Positions 1 to 7,685 of a stretch of DNA of 20,000 bases are shown piece by piece (positions within the stretch are counted from its first letter, which is position 1; each line of letters starts with the position of its first letter). Below the pieces are notes generated by a model. The model saw nothing but the letters and a program-made list of their open reading frames with translations, did no database searches and had not been told where the DNA came from. This DNA is from an uncultured virus (IMG/VR IMGVR_UViG_3300037419_001523) (taxonomy: Duplodnaviria > Heunggongvirae > Uroviricota > Caudoviricetes). The translations under genes and the position numbers were made by a program. The DNA lies in IMG/VR virus record IMGVR_UViG_3300037419_001523; one strand, written 5' to 3'.

Positions 1-795
1 TGCTTGATATTGTTGTGCTCGTTTTGTTGAATAATTCGTTATTAACACAGCAAAGTTAAAATGTAATTCAGGGTTAGTTTGTAATGCTTGTTGAGAGGCT
101 AAACAACGATGGTATCCATCCACAATATCTAACTTGGTACCTTTTGTTATAGTTAATTCCATTTTTTTAGGGTCAAAAATTAATTCAGTACCGCTTTCAG
201 AACTTCGAGTAGCAGCGTTAAATACTAATACTGTTGGAACTAACGTACCTTCTAACAAATGATCTGTTATTTCTTCTATATTCTTTTTATTTGTAGTAGG
301 CGAAATAGTAACAGTTTCTTTTTGTCTCTTATAGGTAGCTTCTCTTTGTAAGTCATAATTATAATGTAAGTTCTGTGAACGAATTAACTTATCAATTGTT
401 TGAATATCCATTGTCACCATATAAGCACTGTTTCCAACAATTGTTGAATGAGTAAAATTAACTGGAAATTCAATTATTTTTTCTTCTAATAAACCACTGA
501 ACTGTCTTGAATTTTTCATTTCCACATCTGTAAAGAAATTTTTAGGATTAATCATTGGTAATTCATCATATTTGACATATATTTGTTCAGTAATTAAAAA
601 TATTTCACGGATGTCTAGTTTAGGTAATTCAGTAGCAGGATCATTAATAATGCTTTGTACTTTACCGGACGAAATTTCATAATTCTCAAGTAAGTGACTT
701 TTGATTTCTTTGATGATTTTCTTTTTTGTGCCTAACTTAGAAGTCTCAATTACTTCAATTAAATTTTTTTCTAATTCTTCTCTTGGTTTTAACAT
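1..795 (-). CDS. yopQ: YopQ/SroE-like protein with DGYHR motif (DndB/DGQHR, ParB-like); C-terminus runs off the window
   Basis: Not in the ORF track. Manual translation from ATG at 795 (RBS GAAGAGGTGG) gives MLKPREELEKNLIEVIETSKLG...YNYDLQREATYKR...LDIVDGYHRCLA..., open to position 1. It lies directly downstream of a YopP-like recombinase, as in the SPbeta sro operon. Confidence 0.75.
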   Translation of the reverse strand, partial: MLKPREELEKNLIEVIETSKLGTKKKIIKEIKSHLLENYEISSGKVQSIINDPATELPKLDIREIFLITEQIYVKYDELPMINPKNFFTDVEMKNSRQFSGLLEEKIIEFPVNFTHSTIVGNSAYMVTMDIQTIDKLIRSQNLHYNYDLQREATYKRQKETVTISPTTNKKNIEEITDHLLEGTLVPTVLVFNAATRSSESGTELIFDPKKMELTITKGTKLDIVDGYHRCLASQQALQTNPELHFNFAVLITNYSTKRAQQYQA

Positions 796-926
796 AATTT
801 CCACCTCTTCCAGCATAAACAAATTTATACTTACTTTAATAATAAGATTTTTAGTACATTTTGTAAATAATTATTTTCGTTTAATTGAGTCAATTGCTAC
901 GTTTATTCTTCACAAAGTTTTGTATT

Positions 927-1964
927 TTATTTCCCCTTCATAACTTCCTGTATCTTCATATTAAGTATCAATTGTAAATCCTTCTTACACATTGATATAG
1001 CTTGTAATAGTGTATCTTGATCCACTTTCTTATACAATTCCATATCTAAATTCCCTTTAGATGAAACTGCACCGATTAGTCCATAATCTTCATTCTCTAA
1101 ATAAATCTGTGTAGTTGAAACTGATGAATGATTAGCTGCACGTTTAGCCTCTAAAATGTCTCCTGTAATGCGATAACGGAATGTTACTCCGGTCTTTCTT
1201 ATACTATGGAAGACAATGTTACGATCAGATGAGATTCCTATTTTAGTTTTCAATCGTTTAAAAGTATCATTTAGACTATCTGAAGAAATGTCGAATACTT
1301 TGTCGTCATCTTTTTTAATTGTTAATAACTCTTTATAGAAATCATGTGAAATTAATTGTCTCATTTCTTTATTACCTTTATCAGTAACCTTAATCATTAC
1401 TCCTTCATCACGTTCTAAAAAGTCACTCCATTTCAAGTTAAGAAGGGCATTTTTACGTATACAACTATCTAAGGCTAAAAGAATTAAAAGTCTTTTAATT
1501 TCACCCTTCTCTCGTTCTTCTAGAGCAAGATTCGCCATCTGTAATACCTCATCCACAGATAAAACACCGTATGAGTTTTTAGCCTCTGGCAATGAATCAA
1601 TCAATTCCATATAAGAAACATCATCCACTATCTTTTTTCCTGCAAGATATCTTAAAACCCCCCTGACAGCACTAACTTTCCTGTTTATTGTCTTATTTGA
1701 ATATATTCGATTTCCTTCGTCATCTATTGCTTTATATAACCTCTCAATAAAATCTTCGAAATCATCGAGTGTTATCTGTACATCTTCTCTTGTTAGGTAT
1801 TGAATTTCTTTTTCTTTAATCAACTTAAAGAATAACATAATATCTTTTCTATAAGCCTCTTCCGTACAATTTGAATTATAACTGTGTTTAGTTAAATATT
1901 TTTTAATCTGATCATATACCTTTGTGTTATCCAACTTAACTAACTTATGAGCGTTTGCGTTCAT
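927..1964 (-). CDS. yopP: Tyrosine recombinase/integrase, SPbeta YopP (SroD)-like
   Basis: 345 aa. N-terminal core-binding domain (TEEAYRKDI...SNKTINRKVSAVRGVLRYL). Catalytic motifs SCIR, DKGNK, FHSIRK, ANHSS and TTQIY. Syntenic with the YopQ-like gene. Confidence 0.85.
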   Translation of the reverse strand: MNANAHKLVKLDNTKVYDQIKKYLTKHSYNSNCTEEAYRKDIMLFFKLIKEKEIQYLTREDVQITLDDFEDFIERLYKAIDDEGNRIYSNKTINRKVSAVRGVLRYLAGKKIVDDVSYMELIDSLPEAKNSYGVLSVDEVLQMANLALEEREKGEIKRLLILLALDSCIRKNALLNLKWSDFLERDEGVMIKVTDKGNKEMRQLISHDFYKELLTIKKDDDKVFDISSDSLNDTFKRLKTKIGISSDRNIVFHSIRKTGVTFRYRITGDILEAKRAANHSSVSTTQIYLENEDYGLIGAVSSKGNLDMELYKKVDQDTLLQAISMCKKDLQLILNMKIQEVMKGK

Positions 1965-2096
1965 TTAAACCACCCCTCTCAATTTTTGTTGTAGTAATTT
2001 TTCTATCTGTTTAATTTCGTTTAATTCTTTCTTGATTTGAAACTCATTCATTTTCCGCACGTTTCGCTTGTAGTAGCCTAACAAATCTGTAAGCAC
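1965..2096 (-). CDS. Small coiled-coil protein (43 aa), translationally coupled to the recombinase
   Basis: GTG start with RBS GAAGGGAG; MLTDLLGYYKRNVRKMNEFQIKKELNEIKQIEKLLQQKLRGVV; the stop abuts the recombinase ATG. Confidence 0.65.
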   Translation of the reverse strand: MLTDLLGYYKRNVRKMNEFQIKKELNEIKQIEKLLQQKLRGVV

Positions 2097-2202
2097 TCTG
2101 ATCATCTCCCTTCTTTACTATCTTATTTGTAGTTATTAATATTTATAACCTTTTATCTATATATCTATTCTTAAATGTTTGATTAAGTTTGTTTATATTC
2201 AT

Positions 2203-2231
2203 ATTATACAACTATTAGTTTTCGTTGTAAA
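2203..2231 (-). promoter_or_regulatory. sigmaA promoter for the recombinase operon
   Basis: TTTACA-17 bp-TATAAT on the - strand. Confidence 0.7.
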
Positions 2232-2244
2232 GAACAATTTGCAT

Positions 2245-2275
2245 AAAAAATAGAGATATTTTAAAAAATATCCCC
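2245..2275 (-). terminator. Intrinsic terminator closing the small-gene array
   Basis: - strand GGGATATTTT/AAAATATCTC stem followed by TATTTTTT. Confidence 0.65.
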
Positions 2276-2289
2276 ATAAAAAGTGACTT

Positions 2290-2481
2290 TTAATTGTATA
2301 TCTCAGTCTCAAATATAACTTCATTTGGTAATAATCCTTCTTTTTGAACCCAGTAACCCATATAAGGATACTGTTTAGGGAAAACTCTATGCCAAGTGCC
2401 ACCTTTATGTCTTCTATAAGACTTTAATTTAGATAAGTAATATTCAATTGTAAAAGTTAAATGCTCATATAACCAATACAT
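2290..2481 (-). CDS. Hypothetical phage protein (63 aa)
   Basis: ORF track; RBS GGGAGG; the stop lies in a junction site. Confidence 0.75.
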   Translation of the reverse strand: MYWLYEHLTFTIEYYLSKLKSYRRHKGGTWHRVFPKQYPYMGYWVQKEGLLPNEVIFETEIYN

Positions 2482-2484
2482 TTA

Positions 2485-2670
2485 TTAATCCTCCCACAAT
2501 TTTGTGTCATATTCTCCTCGTTCAAGATTCCCAATCCAAATTCTTAACTCTCTAATTTGCCCTAACTCTGTATGTAATCCTCCAGCAAAATCACGATCAT
2601 TTCTATTTTCAAGTGATTTTAAGCGTTCCTTCATATTATGCAGTAGAGACTTTTTATCAACTATATTCAT
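2485..2670 (-). CDS. Hypothetical phage protein (61 aa)
   Basis: ORF track; RBS GGGGAG; tightly packed operon. Confidence 0.75.
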   Translation of the reverse strand: MNIVDKKSLLHNMKERLKSLENRNDRDFAGGLHTELGQIRELRIWIGNLERGEYDTKLWED

Positions 2671-2675
2671 ATGTA

Positions 2676-2921
2676 TTACTCCCCTTGTTTTGAATATTTT
2701 CCTTTACCTAAATAAGCGTTCCAATATTCATTAATTACTGGAAAAATTACAGTTGAATAAAAAGCGTACTGTTTCAAAAATTCACCTTTATCTGTTTGAA
2801 CTAATCCTCCTGACCACTTCTCAACTTCTTTTTGATACTTTTCATATGCTTCATTAAATTCTTCATCAGTATTTTTCTTTTTATATTCTTTTAGTTTATC
2901 AATAATTTGATCAATCTCCAT
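2676..2921 (-). CDS. Hypothetical phage protein (81 aa)
   Basis: ORF track; RBS AAGGGAGG. Confidence 0.8.
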   Translation of the reverse strand: MEIDQIIDKLKEYKKKNTDEEFNEAYEKYQKEVEKWSGGLVQTDKGEFLKQYAFYSTVIFPVINEYWNAYLGKGKYSKQGE

Positions 2922-2948
2922 TATTATTCCTCCCTTAAAATCTACTTA

Positions 2949-3632
2949 TTATTGGATTTTTATTATTATGTATGACTTATAATCCTCATTTAACCACTTG
3001 TAAATTTTCTGTAATCTTTCATAAGAGTAAACAGTACACCACAATTCATTATTTGGTTTATACCAATCCTTAAGAACCTTGTTATGCTTACTTGTATTAC
3101 AACTCTTACAAGCTGGAACGCAATTGGATAAATCATTGGAACCATTATGGTCTACATGATCTCTATGGAAGTCTCCTAATTGTGTTTTTCCTCTGAAAAC
3201 TATGTAGTGTTCTTCAATTTTTAAATCACAATACGCACATCTATAATTGAAGTAATTCTTACAGTTTTCCCATTCTTTAGTGGTAATTTTATGTTCTTTG
3301 TTCATCTGTCTATCTTTAAACTGCTCATTTAATTTATCTTTGTTTTTTCTTTGCCATTCTTTTTGTTTACCGTTATCTCTTCTTTTCTTAGAATTTCTTC
3401 TATCCATTTCAATTCGCCATTCAGCATTTTTAAGGTAATAATGTATTCTTTCTTTATATTTCTCTGGATTGTCTTTCATCCATTGACTGTATCGTTGCTT
3501 TGTGCAAACTTTACATTCAGGATTATAATAAATCCATTCTCCTCGTTTCTTGCTTTGTTTCTTTTGTGAATAGAACTCAGTTAGTGGTTTTATTTCGTTG
3601 CAAACAGAACACGATTTACTTTCGATTTCCAT
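2949..3632 (-). CDS. HNH endonuclease with N-terminal zinc finger
   Basis: N-terminal CSVC...CKVC; C-terminal CAYC...HRDHVDHNGSNDLSNCVPACKSCNTSK. Confidence 0.9.
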   Translation of the reverse strand: MEIESKSCSVCNEIKPLTEFYSQKKQSKKRGEWIYYNPECKVCTKQRYSQWMKDNPEKYKERIHYYLKNAEWRIEMDRRNSKKRRDNGKQKEWQRKNKDKLNEQFKDRQMNKEHKITTKEWENCKNYFNYRCAYCDLKIEEHYIVFRGKTQLGDFHRDHVDHNGSNDLSNCVPACKSCNTSKHNKVLKDWYKPNNELWCTVYSYERLQKIYKWLNEDYKSYIIIKIQ

Positions 3633-3665
3633 ATACCAACCTCCTTTTAAGTTAAAAGAATCATT

Positions 3666-4001
3666 TTACCAGAACAAAAATCTTTTTCTGTTTATTATTT
3701 TCTCTGACTCAATTTTAGATTGTTCTGTTAATTTATCTTCGACTATTTTCACAAAATCAGTATAATAATTAACACTTCCATCTAAATTTCTTGCCCTGTT
3801 ATTAATATTTAGAGGCATGTTAGAAACATCTAGTTTTACTTTTTCGCCAAGTCCCAATAATGAATTAGGTATTTCTGCTTTTTCAATAAGAAAATAATCA
3901 ACAAACTCATTAGTTTTATATAATTTAGGTTTACTGAAACAAGAAACTCCATACTTAACTCTTTTTTTAATCCCATAAAAATACGCATTATGTTTTTCCA
4001 T
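3666..4001 (-). CDS. Hypothetical phage protein (111 aa)
   Basis: ORF track; junction sites on both sides. Confidence 0.75.
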   Translation of the reverse strand: MEKHNAYFYGIKKRVKYGVSCFSKPKLYKTNEFVDYFLIEKAEIPNSLLGLGEKVKLDVSNMPLNINNRARNLDGSVNYYTDFVKIVEDKLTEQSKIESEKIINRKRFLFW

Positions 4002-4033
4002 TTTCTTAACTCCACTCCTTTGAAACTGATATT

Positions 4034-4315
4034 TTATTTCTTTGTAGCAACTTTATACCACTGATCAATCAAATCTCTTCTGTCATTCTCAGCATTCAAT
4101 AACTCACTTGCAAAATCAAACTTAGCCATTTTATATCCTTCTATATATTTATTTTTGTTTTGATTCTGCAATTCTGTGATTGTTCTTAGTAAAAACGGAA
4201 CTGAATCAGCGACTTTACAAGGTAAATCAATATCTAAAAATTCACCTTCATATGCTGCTGAATATTTGTTATATTGCTTTTGTATCTTTGTTAACTTTAC
4301 ATCTAAACCTTCCAT
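4034..4315 (-). CDS. Hypothetical phage protein (93 aa)
   Basis: ORF track; RBS GAGGAGG. Confidence 0.8.
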   Translation of the reverse strand: MEGLDVKLTKIQKQYNKYSAAYEGEFLDIDLPCKVADSVPFLLRTITELQNQNKNKYIEGYKMAKFDFASELLNAENDRRDLIDQWYKVATKK

Positions 4316-4318
4316 TAG

Positions 4319-4837
4319 TTAATCCTCCTCGTAATCTCTATTTTTCTTAATCCAATCATACAGACGAGCAATAAAACTAATCTCCCCAAAATTAGCTATG
4401 TAAGCTGCGTTGTTTAAATAGTCTTCACGCTTTATGAGTTCCTTCTGCTCTTCACAGATTTTTTCATATTCATCGAACATAAAATTTTCAATTTCTTTGA
4501 AAGTTCTATTCCTAATCGTAGGTAACTCGACCTTTTCTTTAGGTTTTATTCGTGATGGTTTAATTGTTGCTATTACTTCCTCTTGTAAAGGTTCTTTTAG
4601 AGTTATTGGAGTTGTTTTCATGTTCAGATACCCAAACTTAACCTCACCCTTTACTACTTCTAAAATGTCATTTATTAAGTGTTTAAGAATAAAATCATAA
4701 TGCTGCTTATTTAGGAAATTGATATTTAATTTTCCACGTTCATCTTCAATGAAAAACAATGAATAAAATTCACCGGAATAATTAATCTTTTCTGCAAATA
4801 TTTGAGTTAGATTTTGAAATATTTCTTCCTTGTCCAT
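4319..4837 (-). CDS. Hypothetical phage protein (~172 aa)
   Basis: ORF track 4319..4846; start moved to ATG 4837 by RBS AAAGGTGA spacing. Confidence 0.8.
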   Translation of the reverse strand: MDKEEIFQNLTQIFAEKINYSGEFYSLFFIEDERGKLNINFLNKQHYDFILKHLINDILEVVKGEVKFGYLNMKTTPITLKEPLQEEVIATIKPSRIKPKEKVELPTIRNRTFKEIENFMFDEYEKICEEQKELIKREDYLNNAAYIANFGEISFIARLYDWIKKNRDYEED

Positions 4838-4892
4838 ATTGATCACCTTTATGTATTATACATTGTTGTAAACAGGAAATAAAACTAACTTT

Positions 4893-5270
4893 TTATTTTA
4901 ATTCTAGTGATTCTTTTGCTACCCTTGAACAAGTCTTTCCAAGCATATCAATACCACCATACTCAGCAATTTCCTTCAATGATTTTTCATAACGTTCATT
5001 AGTTTCTATGTGCCACTCAAGACAACCGTTTAACTCCTTTATTACATTTTCCTTTTGTTCAATCTTCTTCTTTATTTCATAATTCTCTATCAATACTTTT
5101 TCCCGATGTTCAGTAATTTTATCAAGCAAATCTCCAAGTTGTTCGTTTTCTTGTTCTAAACGTTCAACTTTTTTATCTAAATCCATCAAATGAATACATA
5201 AGCAATCATATAAATATCTATCAGTGTGATATAAAATTTTAAGTGTTTCATTTAATTCTGATTCAGTCAT
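4893..5270 (-). CDS. Hypothetical coiled-coil phage protein (125 aa)
   Basis: ORF track; heptad-rich KKVERLEQENEQL. Confidence 0.8.
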   Translation of the reverse strand: MTESELNETLKILYHTDRYLYDCLCIHLMDLDKKVERLEQENEQLGDLLDKITEHREKVLIENYEIKKKIEQKENVIKELNGCLEWHIETNERYEKSLKEIAEYGGIDMLGKTCSRVAKESLELK

Positions 5271-5506
5271 TTTTTCTCCTCCATCATCAAAGAAAATTTA
5301 TCATCTTCACTAAATCCTCTTGGTTCATCAAATTCCTCGAATTCAATTTCTCTTAAATATGTTACATGCACTTTATTATCAGTTAAGGATTCTTCATACA
5401 CAATCCAACCATCTGATTCCATTTCTTCATTACCTTGTTTTCTCTCTTTACTTGAGTTGTACCAAGCCTTTATCATTTCTACATATCCTTGATAAGTAAT
5501 ATTCAT
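5267..5506 (-). CDS. Hypothetical phage protein (79 aa)
   Basis: ORF track; RBS GGAGG; ATGA overlap with the next gene. Confidence 0.8.
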   Translation of the reverse strand: MNITYQGYVEMIKAWYNSSKERKQGNEEMESDGWIVYEESLTDNKVHVTYLREIEFEEFDEPRGFSEDDKFSLMMEEKK

Positions 5507-5532
5507 TTAATTCCTCCATTAAAATTTAGTTT

Positions 5533-5796
5533 TTATTTCAAATCAAAGTATTCAATAAATTCATCAATTGTGACAACATAAGCTACCAATCCTGTAACAC
5601 CTTCATTCATCTTTCCTTCGTTCACCAATGGTTGCACAACAAATTCAAGATCGTTACTATTTAATCTTCTAACAAATTCTGTGACAACCCATGTATCGTT
5701 TAAACTAAACATAAAAGATACTGCGTTATCAGGTTTCTTATTGGCTTTTAACTTTGTTTGCCATAATTGAACTTCGTTTGCTTCGAATTTATTCAT
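5533..5796 (-). CDS. Hypothetical phage protein (87 aa)
   Basis: ORF track; RBS GAGGTGA; junction sites on both sides. Confidence 0.8.
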   Translation of the reverse strand: MNKFEANEVQLWQTKLKANKKPDNAVSFMFSLNDTWVVTEFVRRLNSNDLEFVVQPLVNEGKMNEGVTGLVAYVVTIDEFIEYFDLK

Positions 5797-5826
5797 ACTC
5801 TCACCTCATAAAAGTTAATTTTTATT

Positions 5827-6198
5827 TTATTTTAATAACTCTCGATTTTCGTATATATTTCCAATTACTTTCCCATTTACTGCTTCTTTCATATTAAGAT
5901 GATCTTCTTCATCCCCTTTAGGATCATGACAGTAAAAACCTGAATACTCATCATCCCATTTTATTATTAAAGGGTATTCTCCGTAACTATCACCTATAAT
6001 AATGTCTCCTTCATAAATTTCCTTACCGTTTTTATCTCTCAATCCTGTAAATAGCATCAAATCATATCTGTTATCACCAATTGTTAAAATAGATGGTGGA
6101 TTAACTGAAGCTGATACTGGAACTTCTGATAGTTGTTGATTATGATCAGCCCATCTATTTTCTTGTTTATCCCAAGTTCTATATTTAATTTCCCTCAT
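5827..6198 (-). CDS. yopX: YopX family protein
   Basis: Signature MREIKYRTWDK...LMLFTGLRDKNGKEIYEGDII...VIGNIYENRELL. Confidence 0.92.
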   Translation of the reverse strand: MREIKYRTWDKQENRWADHNQQLSEVPVSASVNPPSILTIGDNRYDLMLFTGLRDKNGKEIYEGDIIIGDSYGEYPLIIKWDDEYSGFYCHDPKGDEEDHLNMKEAVNGKVIGNIYENRELLK

Positions 6199-6320
6199 TA
6201 TTCTCCATCCTTTTTGTTAATTTCATATTTATCCTTTACATAATCCTCACCGTTACAATGTGGAAGTTTTATATTTTTACAAAAACTATAGAAGAAACAA
6301 GTTTCACACATTTCATCCAT
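6198..6320 (-). CDS. Small Cys-rich protein (40 aa)
   Basis: RBS AAAGGAGG; MDEMCETCFFYSFCKNIKLPHCNGEDYVKDKYEINKKDGE; TAATG coupling to yopX. Confidence 0.7.
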   Translation of the reverse strand: MDEMCETCFFYSFCKNIKLPHCNGEDYVKDKYEINKKDGE

Positions 6321-6350
6321 TAACTATAATCCTCCTTTAAAACCTTCGTT

Positions 6351-6704
6351 TTATGTTAAATATACTTGATAAATTATTCCTTCTTTATCTGGATATAATT
6401 CATAATATAGTTTTAAGTCTTGTTCAGAATACTTTCTAACAAGGTAATAATAATTTCTATGAATAGGCATTCTATGATGGTTTATAATATCTTCATACAC
6501 AGATTCTTCGAATCCAATTGGACTGTTTCTTTTTATGATCTTATATTGATTCAATATCATTTGAGCATCTTCAAATGTAACATCTGAATTGTGTTCATAT
6601 TGTAATTCCTCAAACAATATTTTACTTGTATATTCAGTAAGTATTGCTTCACCAATTTCAAATCTCAAATTTTCACCTCCAGTACACTGAATGAATTTCT
6701 TCAT
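6351..6704 (-). CDS. Hypothetical phage protein (117 aa)
   Basis: ORF track; the stop lies in a junction site; weak RBS. Confidence 0.7.
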   Translation of the reverse strand: MKKFIQCTGGENLRFEIGEAILTEYTSKILFEELQYEHNSDVTFEDAQMILNQYKIIKRNSPIGFEESVYEDIINHHRMPIHRNYYYLVRKYSEQDLKLYYELYPDKEGIIYQVYLT

Positions 6705-6715
6705 TTATTATGTAT

Positions 6716-6862
6716 TTATTTATTCTTGGTTGTTATTTCCTTCGTTACTCCAGCAAAATGAAGCCCTTTCTTTTTTAACTCTTCAAATAATTCATTGAGT
6801 ATTTCTAGGTGATCATGTTCATCATATGTAGTTAATTCTCCACGAATTTCAAACACTTTCAC
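6716..6862 (-). CDS. Small hypothetical protein (48 aa)
   Basis: RBS AGGAGGTGA + GTG; MKVFEIRGELTTYDEHDHLEILNELFEELKKKGLHFAGVTKEITTKNK. Confidence 0.7.
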   Translation of the reverse strand: MKVFEIRGELTTYDEHDHLEILNELFEELKKKGLHFAGVTKEITTKNK

Positions 6863-6874
6863 TGTTTTCACCTC

Positions 6875-6997
6875 CTATCCAATCTTAACTTTCTTAACTG
6901 TATCTGAATGAAACCAGTTAAATCTCTGGTTGCTTGAATAAAATTCTTTGTACATCTTAATATATTGTAATTCTTTGAGCGTTATCACCTTCTCCAT
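6875..6997 (-). CDS. Small hypothetical protein (40 aa)
   Basis: RBS GGAGGAG; MEKVITLKELQYIKMYKEFYSSNQRFNWFHSDTVKKVKIG. Confidence 0.6.
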   Translation of the reverse strand: MEKVITLKELQYIKMYKEFYSSNQRFNWFHSDTVKKVKIG

Positions 6998-7040
6998 TGC
7001 TTTTCTCCTCCATTGTAATTAATTATTTATTATTAACTCC

Positions 7041-7069
7041 ATTCTATCATAAATTTTCCCAAGTGTATA
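7041..7069 (-). promoter_or_regulatory. sigmaA-type promoter driving the 6997-2290 gene array
   Basis: TATACA-17 bp-TAGAAT with extended TGn; AAAAATAATT element upstream. Confidence 0.55.
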
Positions 7070-7097
7070 TATTTATATTCAATTATTTTTGAATATA

Positions 7098-7140
7098 AAG
7101 CAGAAAATATCTAGTTGTTTAAACTAAATACTTTCTGCTT
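7098..7140 (-). terminator. 19-bp hairpin/terminator after the aimX-position ORF
   Basis: AAGCAGAAAGTATTTAGTT/AACTAGATATTTTCTGCTT; both mismatches are G-U pairs only on the - strand. Confidence 0.7.
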
Positions 7141-7147
7141 CATTAAA

Positions 7148-7345
7148 TTATACATTATAAATTTCCTCTGCCGTAAGATTAATAAATGGATCATTCTTTA
7201 CTGATGTATTTGAACCACAACCACAGTTATTTTCCCAACACAGTACACACTGGTTATCATTATTGACTTCTTTCATACTGTAAGGAATAAAAGCCATCTG
7301 CATTTGTTTTAAAATCATTGAGTAGTTTCTTTCCATTCTCAACAT
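7148..7345 (-). CDS. Putative arbitrium effector in the aimX position (65 aa, Cys cluster)
   Basis: RBS AAAAGGGAGAG. First ORF after aimP and its hairpin, bounded by its own terminator. Carries CxxC-x4-CxC. Confidence 0.65.
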   Translation of the reverse strand: MLRMERNYSMILKQMQMAFIPYSMKEVNNDNQCVLCWENNCGCGSNTSVKNDPFINLTAEEIYNV

Positions 7346-7405
7346 CTCTCCCTTTTCGTTCCGATTTTGTGATTTTGAAAAATTGGAATTTTCTTTTTAA
7401 ACTAG

Positions 7406-7439
7406 AAATGGACATTACCCCGAAGGATAACGTCCATTT
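7406..7439 (-). terminator. 15-bp C(UUCG)G hairpin between aimP and the aimX-position ORF (probable AimR-controlled terminator)
   Basis: AAATGGACGTTATCC-TTCG-GGGTAATGTCCATTT with two G-U pairs valid only on the - strand; weak U-tract. Confidence 0.7.
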
Positions 7440-7497
7440 GCTGATGTAATTTAAATAATATGTAGTTATTTTTGATTAAAGCTTACAACGGGGAGCA

Positions 7498-7653
7498 TTA
7501 TGCTCCACCGCCACCCGGATCAACGTAAGAAGGAGATACAGTTGTAATTGTAGCAACAACTTGTGTTTCCTTGCTTACATTTGGTTTTGCAACCAACGCT
7601 CCAATCAATAACAAACCTGATAACGCAATAATAGAAATTATTTTTTTAATCAT
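7498..7653 (-). CDS. aimP: Arbitrium signal peptide precursor AimP (51 aa)
   Basis: Not in the ORF track. Perfect RBS AAAGGAGGTGA; MIKKIISIIALSGLLLIGALVAKPNVSKETQVVATITTVSPSYVDPGGGGA (Sec signal peptide plus C-terminal DPG/GA peptide); immediately after aimR. Confidence 0.9.
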   Translation of the reverse strand: MIKKIISIIALSGLLLIGALVAKPNVSKETQVVATITTVSPSYVDPGGGGA

Positions 7654-7685
7654 TCAGTACTCACCTCCTTTCAAAGACACCATAG

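Larger units (their letters stand above)
2277..6353. repeat. Cluster 1 of TRAAA-N6-TTTYA junction sites (8 copies)
   Basis: 16-bp sites start at 2277, 2936 (1 mismatch), 3653, 4021, 4880, 5520, 5809 and 6338, each at the 3' end of a gene. Confidence 0.85.

Noticed and set aside
2199..2402. - strand 67-aa ORF
   Set aside because: Overlaps 2290..2481 in another frame and runs through a terminator and a promoter.
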